Assembly: GCF_000446015.1 (NCBI RefSeq)
Contig: NC_022093.1
Coordinates: forward strand, 1,260,001-1,292,000
From: Thermofilum adornatum
GTDB taxonomy: Archaea; Thermoproteota; Thermoprotei; Thermofilales; Thermofilaceae
Length of the DNA: 32,000 nt
Direction: 5' to 3'
Shown: positions 7,317-17,639 of the stretch, piece after piece
Layout of the letters: each line of letters starts with the position of its first letter
Position numbering within the stretch: position 1 is the stretch's first letter
The notes under the pieces: generated by a model
Database searches by the model: none
What the model saw: the letters and a program-made list of their open reading frames with translations, nothing else
What the model was told of the DNA's origin: nothing
Translations under genes and position numbers: made by a program

Positions 7317-9074
7317 CTAGACGCTGTCTATTCCAAGCTTCTTTGAGACCTCAGCCAAGCTGAAAGACTCCTGGGATCTTACCCAGGCCTCCTCCACGTA
7401 GAACTTCAGAGCCAGCCTCAATGCGTCCCGGTCAACTTCTATAACTTCTTCTTCTGATCTAAAGAAGTTGACAAGGCTAAGGGCAGAGGCTAGCTGTAGA
7501 GCTCTGCGCTCAAGCCTCATGGAGAAAGGAAGGACTTGGACTTCTCCTAGTTGTTCAAATATGGCTTCGCGTGCCCGCTCTAGCTGGTCTAGCTCCTTTT
7601 CTGTCAGGAGAACCTTTTTCTTCCCTAGTCCCCCGCGAGTTTTGATCCCCGTAGAGACGGCGTAAACCAGCGTCACGTGGTCCCGTATGAATGGTGCAAC
7701 TTCCGCCATTTTTCTAGCAGAAATCCCAAGCATGAGCCTCCTCTGGCTCTCGGCAAGCTCGCGGTACTTGTCCTTCGTAAGCCTGTGTAAACGGCAGAGC
7801 ATCCTGTCCTCTATCGCGTTGAAGTTAGGATCATTGACAGTTACCTCGTAGCCACGTTCATAGACACGTGTATTATAGTTCACGCTAAAAAACGAGCTAA
7901 ACCTGTATGGACCAACCCGGTAAGTCTTTGTCTCATACACAATGGTTCCCCCCTCCATCGCAAGCTTCAGCGGTTCGACCATACCCCTATATTTGAACCA
8001 GTCATTAAACTCCGTGATGATGAAGTTGAAGCGTCTCCCCTCATACGCCTCTCCAATAGAGATAAACATAGAAGGAGTCATACCGCCGCAGTACCGATTT
8101 ATCCCAGGGATGCCGTGTGGTGGGACGCCCAGCTTATCGTTGCCCAGAATAAAGTCCTTCGTGGCAAATGTCTTGCCAGTCCCAGGCTCCCCGAAAAGAG
8201 CCAAATTGAAGCCAGTAGTCAGAGCCCTGTGTCCCTCCTTTGTTACAACCTCTACGTCTGCGAGAGAGTACTGCTGGGTCAAGGTTAAGAGCTCGTCAAA
8301 GAATACCACAGGTCCAAATAAATCTACCAAGTAGTTTCTCAGAGAAGAGACAGAAAACTTCTCAGCAAAATCAAGCACAGCGTCAAGCCTATCGGAAAAC
8401 ATCTTTTCTATGTATGCCCTAAGCTCCTCCTCCATCCTCAAGACCATGAGGAATTCCTCCTCAGCCTGCTTAGTGCTAAACCTCCTCAGCCCCGCCGACT
8501 CATAGCTCGAGAGAACGCTCTGAACAATAGGCCTTATCTCTTCAGGCATTTTCCAAAGCTTTTCCCCGTCCTCCTCAGTTTCCCAGACAAGTCTCCACTT
8601 ATCCCTTAGCTCAGCCAAAAGGTGGGTAGGGTATATCTTCTCGTTAGAAAGCTCTGATGCACGCGCCGAGATATAGCTAAAGGAAGCCTCCCCAGCCTCA
8701 ACAAGGCTCTTCAAGACAGCATACGCTTTAAATCCATGAACCCTTATCGCCTCCTTAACGGCCTCTTCCACACTACTACTGGAATCTTTCAGTAAAAGCT
8801 CTCCTCCTTCAACGGTATAATACCTCCCACGGAAATCATAGAGGGACCTGTAAGGAGAATAAGAGAAAAGCTTCTTCAAGTCTTCGTCAGAAATGACCCG
8901 AGCCAGCTCCTCGATTGTTTTCGGTTGCTCGAAAACGCTTAGTCCAAGTGTCTCCTTTAAAACCTTGACCTTAAAGGGATTCGGCGGAGGGCCCTCCAGC
9001 TGGGGCAAAAACCTCTTTAGCAGGATAACTCTCTCTGAGATTTTGTCTCCATTGATACCTCCCGCGTTCGCCAT
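7317..9074 (-). CDS. divergent AAA+ ATPase with an MCM/Mg-chelatase/MoxR-like (helix-2-insert clade) core and a non-MCM N-terminal region
   Basis: Walker A 'FGEPGTGKTF' (8169-8192). Walker-B-like 'IITEFNDW' (7998-8021). 'LKLAMEGGTIVYETKTY...FFSVNYN' resembles the MCM 'hEaMEqQtisiaKaG...AAaNP' segment. Lid-like 'MRLERRALQLASALS'. ATG 9074 is preferred; the track starts at TTG 9086. Confidence 0.85.
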   Translation of the reverse strand: MANAGGINGDKISERVILLKRFLPQLEGPPPNPFKVKVLKETLGLSVFEQPKTIEELARVISDEDLKKLFSYSPYRSLYDFRGRYYTVEGGELLLKDSSSSVEEAVKEAIRVHGFKAYAVLKSLVEAGEASFSYISARASELSNEKIYPTHLLAELRDKWRLVWETEEDGEKLWKMPEEIRPIVQSVLSSYESAGLRRFSTKQAEEEFLMVLRMEEELRAYIEKMFSDRLDAVLDFAEKFSVSSLRNYLVDLFGPVVFFDELLTLTQQYSLADVEVVTKEGHRALTTGFNLALFGEPGTGKTFATKDFILGNDKLGVPPHGIPGINRYCGGMTPSMFISIGEAYEGRRFNFIITEFNDWFKYRGMVEPLKLAMEGGTIVYETKTYRVGPYRFSSFFSVNYNTRVYERGYEVTVNDPNFNAIEDRMLCRLHRLTKDKYRELAESQRRLMLGISARKMAEVAPFIRDHVTLVYAVSTGIKTRGGLGKKKVLLTEKELDQLERAREAIFEQLGEVQVLPFSMRLERRALQLASALSLVNFFRSEEEVIEVDRDALRLALKFYVEEAWVRSQESFSLAEVSKKLGIDSV

Positions 9075-9195
9075 TCCTGGACTCAAAGATAAAAAATCGT
9101 AAAACTACTATTTTTTCTTTGCGTAGAACAATGTTTTGTCTGGCATTTACCCAAAAACTTTATTTCGCTGGGCTAATAATATTACTCTAGAAGAA

Positions 9196-10239
9196 ATGGT
9201 AAATAAACTCTCTAGAGGGAAACTCCTGGCTGTCTTGTTTTGCCTATCTTTGATTGTCTTCTACCTGATTTTCCTTCACTATATCTCTCCCTCGCGAGAA
9301 GCAGTACAGAGTCCTGAATCAACAAACACGGTAACAAGCCCAAGCAAAGTGGGAAACACAGATGAAGCCGACAAGTATATTTCTCTACTCGAGATGATAC
9401 TAAATGATTGTAGAATAGACTTCCAGAAAAGGCTCCCCGAACTATCTGTTATTCTCAAGTATAGATTCGCTATAGCGATAATAGTAGAGTCTCCATTTGG
9501 AGATGTTCTGGTCCCAGCCAATAGCTCAAAGTTGCTTGTACACGTGGAAAAAACAAATGGGTCCACTTTTCTCGTTGAGTTTACGCTGAAATTTGACGAA
9601 GCCGTGTTGCTGGAAAACCACTCTATGGTTCTTCTTCCGCAAAGCATATCCACACGTAAAGCAATCCTACAATATGTTCCAGGAAAAGGCTACTATCTTC
9701 CAAATGGAAAATATCTAGGCAACTTCTTTCCAATGTTTGAGGTGGAAAATCTCCAAGCAAGCTTTATATATGCTAAAAAAGGCGAATGGCCCACACTGGA
9801 CAACGATTTAAAGACACTACGTCTTGAAAAAGTCGATACCGTCATCGCCGACCTCAAAAACAAGATCATTGTAAGCCGGCTTGGAAACACTTCCACTATA
9901 TTGTCGCCAGCAAACGAGACGCTTGGATCCAGAATAGTGGCTTACTTAGAAAATATAAGCAAAACATCTCTGCCAGTTAGAAGGCTTACATCATGTCCAT
10001 CAATCTACGCTGTAGAGCACTATCAATCAAGCGAGGCGCCAGTCATGCTCCTAACAATAAATTTGCCAACAGGGATACCAACATTCCTCTATAGTACCGG
10101 ATGCCCCAGAATTATTCCCTCTACTAAAGTCACGTGGAACAACCAGGAACAAGACTACTACCTTCATAGCCCACTTGCTTGCCTCCTTGGCATACGTTCA
10201 TTGGACTTTGCAGTTGAGCTGGAAAATATTTATCCATGA
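9196..10239 (+). CDS. membrane-anchored extracellular protein, function unknown (six N-glycosylation sequons)
   Basis: ATG 9196 gives 'MVNKLSRGKLLAVLFCLSLIVFYLIFL', an N-terminal anchor. Sequons are NSS, NGS, NHS, NTS, NET and NIS. The track starts 60 nt upstream at TTG 9136. Confidence 0.6.
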   Translation: MVNKLSRGKLLAVLFCLSLIVFYLIFLHYISPSREAVQSPESTNTVTSPSKVGNTDEADKYISLLEMILNDCRIDFQKRLPELSVILKYRFAIAIIVESPFGDVLVPANSSKLLVHVEKTNGSTFLVEFTLKFDEAVLLENHSMVLLPQSISTRKAILQYVPGKGYYLPNGKYLGNFFPMFEVENLQASFIYAKKGEWPTLDNDLKTLRLEKVDTVIADLKNKIIVSRLGNTSTILSPANETLGSRIVAYLENISKTSLPVRRLTSCPSIYAVEHYQSSEAPVMLLTINLPTGIPTFLYSTGCPRIIPSTKVTWNNQEQDYYLHSPLACLLGIRSLDFAVELENIYP

Positions 10240-10262
10240 GGCAATTTAATTTTTTAAAGAGT

Positions 10263-10296
10263 ACCTGTTTTCTTGCAGGTTTTAACTATCTTTTTT
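10263..10296 (+). terminator. possible terminator: short hairpin followed by T-tracts
   Basis: ACCTG (10263-10267) / CAGGT (10276-10280) form a 5-bp stem with an 8-nt loop, followed by 'TTTAACTATCTTTTTT' (T6 at 10291-10296), 24 nt after the stop of the 9196-10239 gene. Confidence 0.3.
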
Positions 10297-10436
10297 GCAT
10301 TGAAAAGTTTACTTACTTTGTGAGTGGAATATTCTTTACAAACATGTAGTTTTTGAAATAATTGTAACATTTTTAGTAACTATGTTATAAAGCCAAATTT
10401 AAATATGTTTGCTAAGGTTTTTATTATGAATTAAAA

Positions 10437-12697
<2,261 letters not shown>

Positions 12698-12755
12698 ATT
12701 TTTCATCTTTATTTTTCCACTAGCGTGATATTTTTATTTTTAAAGGATTAAAAAG

Positions 12756-14357
12756 ATGAATTCAATGTCCCTTGACGACTTAGCCTCATCAACTATGGAA
12801 AGTGCTTTCAAGCTATTTACAGGACAGTTTCTGGGAACACTCATAGCGGGAATAGGTTCAATAATTTTGACAAGGCTTTTGGGGCCTGAAGCATATGGAA
12901 AATATGCTCTAAGCACAGTTGTTCCAAGTCTTTTGCTCGTCTTCGCAGGTCTAGGCATAGACTCAGGCATCACGAGATACACGGCAATAAACACGGGTTG
13001 CAGGCTTAGAGGCTACATGAAGGCGGGACTATTTTTCAAGATTCTTACAGCGCTTCCCTTAACAGTTTTCTCGTTTCTCTCAGCCGAACTGTTGACACAG
13101 CTTATCCTGGGGAGAAGCGACATTGCCCCCCTTGTAAAAGTAACCTCATTCATTATTTTGTTCTCATCGGTTCTTTCCTCACTTACGGCCATTTTTGTTG
13201 GCATAGGAATGTCTGGTAGAGCAGGCCTGCTCAACATAGTTTTCCAGTCGTCTAGATCAATATTGAGCCCGTTACTAGTCCTAATTGGGCTAGGGGTTCT
13301 CGGCGCTGTAGCGGGATACGTTTCAGGCTACATTTTTGCTTCTCTGATTGGTCTTTTAATACTTTTATCTGTAGCAAGAAGGTATAGCACAGATTGTTCC
13401 GAAGACGAAAGAATTGCACCATATCTGCGGGAGCTCCTCGTATTCAGCGTCCCTATTTTCACTAGTACCCTTGTATCGACCCTCCTCTCAACCTATCAAA
13501 GCGCGTTGCTGTCTAGGTATGCATCCTACCTAGAAATTGGAAACTTCCAAGCGGCAAGCAACCTTGCATCTCTACTTACACTCGTTACATTGCCCATATC
13601 TACTTCTCTCTTTCCTGCATTCTCAAAGTTCAGGGATCCCCGAGAAGCATCAAACGCTGTAGATGTAGCAGTAACAATGACGGCACTTCTCCTCACGCCA
13701 GTGACGCTATTTACAGTAGTGGAAGCCAGAGACATAGTAAGGATATTCTACGGCGCTAGCTACATGGCGAGCTCAGAGTATCTCTCAATGTATATTCTCA
13801 TCTATCTATACTCCTTGATAGGCTCCATTGTATGGGGTAGCTTCTTCCAGGGAATCGGAAAGCCAAAAGTCGTCTTTATGTCTACATTGGTATATTCGGC
13901 CATTTATGTGCCATTAGCCTTTTACCTGGCGTCAACCCAAAGCATAAAAGGCGTCATAATCGCAGTACTGCTAGCCTCCCTTTCCTCTAACGCCATGCTT
14001 CTTTGGGAAAGCAAAAAAGTTGGCGTCAAAATCGATTTTTCAAAGAAAGGCAAGATTCTTCTTTCAGCTCTTATTCCAATACCAATAATTATGTGCATAA
14101 ATTTACCTCCCACGCATGCGCTTATCAGGGTTACCTTGCTTGGAGCCATCTATCTCTCACTATACGTTCTACTCTCATCACTACTCGGCGCAGTAACCCA
14201 TAGGGAAATTGAGCTCGTAAGATCTACCTTGAGGGTACCGCAATTTTTGAGAAGGATAATAGAGCTTTTCCTGGACATCTTAGAAAGAATAATTGTCGCA
14301 AAGGAAAGCCTACGTGGGAATCTTTTCCTCCGGCGGGGGAGCCCAGCTACGAGTTAA
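12756..14357 (+). CDS. polysaccharide/oligosaccharide flippase (Wzx-like, MOP superfamily)
   Basis: About 14 predicted TM helices. N-terminal 'ILTRLLGPEAYGKYAL' is typical of the polysaccharide-biosynthesis (Wzx) family. Alternative ATG at 12765 fits the TATA spacing better. Confidence 0.8.
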   Translation: MNSMSLDDLASSTMESAFKLFTGQFLGTLIAGIGSIILTRLLGPEAYGKYALSTVVPSLLLVFAGLGIDSGITRYTAINTGCRLRGYMKAGLFFKILTALPLTVFSFLSAELLTQLILGRSDIAPLVKVTSFIILFSSVLSSLTAIFVGIGMSGRAGLLNIVFQSSRSILSPLLVLIGLGVLGAVAGYVSGYIFASLIGLLILLSVARRYSTDCSEDERIAPYLRELLVFSVPIFTSTLVSTLLSTYQSALLSRYASYLEIGNFQAASNLASLLTLVTLPISTSLFPAFSKFRDPREASNAVDVAVTMTALLLTPVTLFTVVEARDIVRIFYGASYMASSEYLSMYILIYLYSLIGSIVWGSFFQGIGKPKVVFMSTLVYSAIYVPLAFYLASTQSIKGVIIAVLLASLSSNAMLLWESKKVGVKIDFSKKGKILLSALIPIPIIMCINLPPTHALIRVTLLGAIYLSLYVLLSSLLGAVTHREIELVRSTLRVPQFLRRIIELFLDILERIIVAKESLRGNLFLRRGSPATS

Positions 14358-15470
14358 CGCTGCAAGCCTTTTCATTATCTTCGCGTCGCCCTTGACTCGA
14401 GACATAAGCTCGCTGAGGATAGACAATAGCTCGTCGTACTGCTTCCTGTCTATTGGGAAGGGGACGCCATCCTTGCCGCCGACAGCATATGCAAACTTGA
14501 ATGGATCTACAGGTGGATGAGTCACGGGGTCCCTCCAAGACGGTTGCACTTCATATACTAGCTCAGCTACAAGAGCTAGTCCACGTATCGTTGCTGGTCC
14601 AACGTTTTTTAACAAGAGGAGGTCAGAGAAGCTATCTATGTTCACCTCTCTTAACTGAAGCCATACATCCTTGTTTAGAGATGGCTTGCCGAGTCTCCGG
14701 AATTTCTCCCTGAGTTCTCTTACCTTGTGTGGGTCATAAGGAACATAGCTCGTCAATGGTACATAGCCCTCGAGGAGCCTGTTTGCCTCCGCGAAAAGCG
14801 TTGGCAACTTTTCCGGCTCATCTTTGATAAGTTCCACTGACAGCTTTCTAAACTCTTGAGAGTCGTCGGCTATGGTGTTGAGGGCAAAAGGCTCTCTCCT
14901 ACCCTGGATCCCGCTGTGAGGATTCCGGGTAAAATCTGAGACCTTTGTTGATAGCCAGTGGTACCTTCTGGCCATCTTGTCAACAGTATTCATCCCCTGC
15001 TGAACTACTGCCCAGTTTCCCTCTTCATCTACAAAAAACACGTGGTGGTAAAGCTGGTAGCCAGACTGCAGTGCCGTGTTATCTATCTTTGCCACGAGAC
15101 GCGAAGTCCTAACAAAGCTAGAGGCGTCGAGGCCAAACTCTTCCGAGACCTTTCTAATCTCGTCTGGGGCTTCTCGGCTGTGGACACCCTTTCCACCGCA
15201 GGCCCTTACGCCTAGCTCTTCTCTAGACAAGACACGTTTAATTATAGCCGTGGTAACAGTAGTAGAGCCAGAGCTGTCCCAGTCCATCCCGATAATGTTG
15301 TTTATGGCCTGAAAATACACTGGGTCAGAAATCCTCTCAAGTAAGCCAAGCGTCCCGTATTCCTCAACTATCAAAGTGACTAAGATCTTTGAAAGCTTCT
15401 CCAATCTAGACAATAGCCACGCTGGAACCTTTCCCCCGTGGAGTGGTAGCTCTGCAATACCTGTCCTCAT
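14310..15470 (-). CDS. DUF763-like protein with a helix-hairpin-helix motif
   Basis: The N-terminal 'ELPLHGGKVPAWLLSRL' matches my memory of the DUF763 family start. 'LLKNVGPATIRGLALVAE' is HhH-like. 386 aa. Confidence 0.65.
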   Translation of the reverse strand: MRTGIAELPLHGGKVPAWLLSRLEKLSKILVTLIVEEYGTLGLLERISDPVYFQAINNIIGMDWDSSGSTTVTTAIIKRVLSREELGVRACGGKGVHSREAPDEIRKVSEEFGLDASSFVRTSRLVAKIDNTALQSGYQLYHHVFFVDEEGNWAVVQQGMNTVDKMARRYHWLSTKVSDFTRNPHSGIQGRREPFALNTIADDSQEFRKLSVELIKDEPEKLPTLFAEANRLLEGYVPLTSYVPYDPHKVRELREKFRRLGKPSLNKDVWLQLREVNIDSFSDLLLLKNVGPATIRGLALVAELVYEVQPSWRDPVTHPPVDPFKFAYAVGGKDGVPFPIDRKQYDELLSILSELMSRVKGDAKIMKRLAALTRSWAPPPEEKIPT

Positions 15471-15530
15471 TTATCCTACAATTTGTTCGCCGAGAAGAAA
15501 AATAAAGCTTTTCCAAAGAAGAGTGAAAGT

Positions 15531-15956
15531 TTAGATGGCGAGAATATAGATAGCCGCCAAGACAAGCCCAACGGCAACTATCTTTTTAAGCGTTAATTCT
15601 TCGTGAAGAACAAGGACAGATAGGAGGACAACAAAGGCTAGGCTCGACTTGTCTACGAGCGAAACAGGGGTTGTCTCGCCCTTCTGCAGAGCCAAAAAGT
15701 AGAGAATCCAGGACGCGCCCCCAGCTATACCGCTAAGGATGATGTAGATTGCTTCTCGAGAAGTAATAGAAGAAATGAAGCCTGTCCCCCTAAAGGCCAG
15801 CATCATGCCCACTGCGAAAAACATCATAACTATAGACCTAAGGGCTGTCGCAGTCATCGAGTCAACATTCTGTAGACCAATCTTGGCGAATATTGTTGCT
15901 AGCGCGGCGAAAAACGCGTCTAGGATTGCTAGAATCAGCCATTCATTCATCTTCAT
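15531..15956 (-). CDS. small DMT-superfamily membrane protein (single EamA-like domain)
   Basis: 141 aa, 4-5 TM helices. 'ILDAFFAALATIFAKIGL' and 'GGASWILYFLALQKG' resemble EamA repeats. Confidence 0.65.
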   Translation of the reverse strand: MKMNEWLILAILDAFFAALATIFAKIGLQNVDSMTATALRSIVMMFFAVGMMLAFRGTGFISSITSREAIYIILSGIAGGASWILYFLALQKGETTPVSLVDKSSLAFVVLLSVLVLHEELTLKKIVAVGLVLAAIYILAI

Positions 15957-16009
15957 CGATAAATTCCTTGAAATTACAAAGATAAAGTGGTAGCGTTTAG
16001 AATATCACG

Positions 16010-16729
16010 CTAATACACGGAATATTTGACCTTTACACCCTCAATTTCATTCGTGATGCCTAGAATCTTTATGCGGCCAATTTCTCTCGTGTTTTTCACA
16101 TGTGTCCCTGAACAGGGCATAGAGTTTATGCCTTCTATCTCTACTATCCTGTATTCCCCGAGCAACGGAAGCCTAGAAAGATTCGGAGCATTATATGTCA
16201 CCTTCTCAAGCATGTCCCTAGGAACAAACTTTACCACGACATTTATGCCTGCATCGACAACCTCGTTCGCTATACTTTCAAGCTGTGAGGTCTCTGGGGG
16301 CTGACTAACCTTGTAGACCAAGTATGCTTCGGGCGGGCCATGATATGCGTCCACGGTCTCTACAAGTTTTCCGTAGATCTTCATCATTGCATAGTCCAGG
16401 ATATGTCCGGCCGTGTGAAGCTTCATGACTAGGTATCTCTTTTCCCAGTCTAGCACACATTTAACGGTGTCGCCTACGCGTGGCTCTCCCTCTTCGATCT
16501 TGCCCCAATGCCTTATCTGCTTGTTTTGCCTTATAGCCTTTTTTACCCTAAATGTCATGCTCTCTGAAGAAATTGTACCCTCGTCTGACGGCTGTCCACC
16601 ACTGAGGGGGTGAAAAATTGTCCTGTCAAGCTCTATGTACGCCTTGGAGCCCTTGAGAAGCTCAACTCCAGTTATTTTGGCTTCGCATTCTTTGAGATAG
16701 GCATCCTTGAGGAAAAGTTCCTCAGTCAC
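16010..16729 (-). CDS. alaX: alanyl-tRNA editing protein AlaX (AlaX-M type)
   Basis: Zinc and editing motifs 'HTAGHIL' (HxxxH) and 'CSGTHV' (CxxxH). GTG 16729 gives 'TEELFLKDAYLKE', matching AlaX-M N-termini, and is preceded by the SD-like 'AAGGTGG' (16734-16740). The track start at TTG 16765 would overlap the methyltransferase gene. Confidence 0.85.
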   Translation of the reverse strand: MTEELFLKDAYLKECEAKITGVELLKGSKAYIELDRTIFHPLSGGQPSDEGTISSESMTFRVKKAIRQNKQIRHWGKIEEGEPRVGDTVKCVLDWEKRYLVMKLHTAGHILDYAMMKIYGKLVETVDAYHGPPEAYLVYKVSQPPETSQLESIANEVVDAGINVVVKFVPRDMLEKVTYNAPNLSRLPLLGEYRIVEIEGINSMPCSGTHVKNTREIGRIKILGITNEIEGVKVKYSVY

Positions 16730-16742
16730 TTTTCCACCTTGG

Positions 16743-17510
16743 CTATATGGCCCTTGCAACAACAACTATCTCGCTACTATTCTCGGTGAATGGTCGCCCA
16801 GCATAGTCTTCATACGTCTTGCATAGCTCGAACCCGGACTCGTAGAGGAAGTGTGTAAGCTCTCTCAGCGTGAAGAGTCTAAGCGTCAAGTCGTGTTTAA
16901 ACACGTTGATCTCGTTCCTAGGCAGGTCTATCACAGACCATTGTATCTCTGCATATGCGACTTCCTCTAAAAAATCGATTCTCCAGTTCTCCTCCTTGAT
17001 TGCAAGCATCGAGCCTGCTTTCCTGAAGCTAGAAAAGGGCGTCTCATAGTATACCCTTTTTGCTTGAACCCCTACAAGGCTCCACGTGTCAAATATGAAG
17101 ACAGCCCCCTTCTTCAAAGCCCTGCGGACAGAGTTGAAGAACTTTAATAGCGAGTCATCGTCCCTAAAATAGCTTACAACACCATAAAAGGCTATAGCCG
17201 CGTCGAACTCTCTGTCAAATTTAAGATTGGTTGCGTCAGCCAAGACGAATTCAACGTTTGGCAAGCCAACAGCCTTCCTACGTGCAGCCTCGATCATTGC
17301 TGGCGAAACATCGACACCTACCGCTGTGTAGCCTCTCTTGGCAAGCTCAAGTGTATGGATACCTGTGCCACAGCCAACGTCTAGTACCTTTTTCACCGGT
17401 ACTAGTGAGCACTCTCTGAGGACTTTCTCAATGAAGTCTACTTCTGCTTGAATATTTCTGTGAGAGTACAGTAAATCGTAATAAGTAGCATAGCTTTCGT
17501 CCTTCAACAC
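16743..17510 (-). CDS. class I SAM-dependent methyltransferase
   Basis: Motif I 'VLDVGCGTGIHTLELAKRG', motif II-like 'FDAAIAF'. GTG start with TATA-like 'TATATATTT' centred about 26 nt upstream. Confidence 0.9.
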   Translation of the reverse strand: MLKDESYATYYDLLYSHRNIQAEVDFIEKVLRECSLVPVKKVLDVGCGTGIHTLELAKRGYTAVGVDVSPAMIEAARRKAVGLPNVEFVLADATNLKFDREFDAAIAFYGVVSYFRDDDSLLKFFNSVRRALKKGAVFIFDTWSLVGVQAKRVYYETPFSSFRKAGSMLAIKEENWRIDFLEEVAYAEIQWSVIDLPRNEINVFKHDLTLRLFTLRELTHFLYESGFELCKTYEDYAGRPFTENSSEIVVVARAI

Positions 17511-17639
17511 GATGCTTAATTATTTTGTCTCAAATATATACTTGCTGTAAGAATCCAAAAACGAAAAAGATGTAAAAGGATTTATCTTCTTTAACAAAGA
17601 TATGAAAGATGTATATATGTTTTAAAGCAAAGATAAACG

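Noticed and set aside
7942-8334. 130-aa and other short ORFs antisense to the AAA+ gene
   Set aside because: The sense strand has Walker A and B, sensor and lid motifs in the correct order. The antisense ORFs have no start context or recognisable features.
10320-10330. ORB-like 'GTGAGTGGAAT' in the AT-rich intergenic region (plus 'TTTCCACTGG' at 1420-1429), considered as a replication origin
   Set aside because: There is only a single partial match to the ORB core in the intergenic region, with no inverted partner flanking an unwinding element and no orc1/cdc6 or whiP gene nearby. The second match is inside the epimerase CDS and is presumably coincidental.
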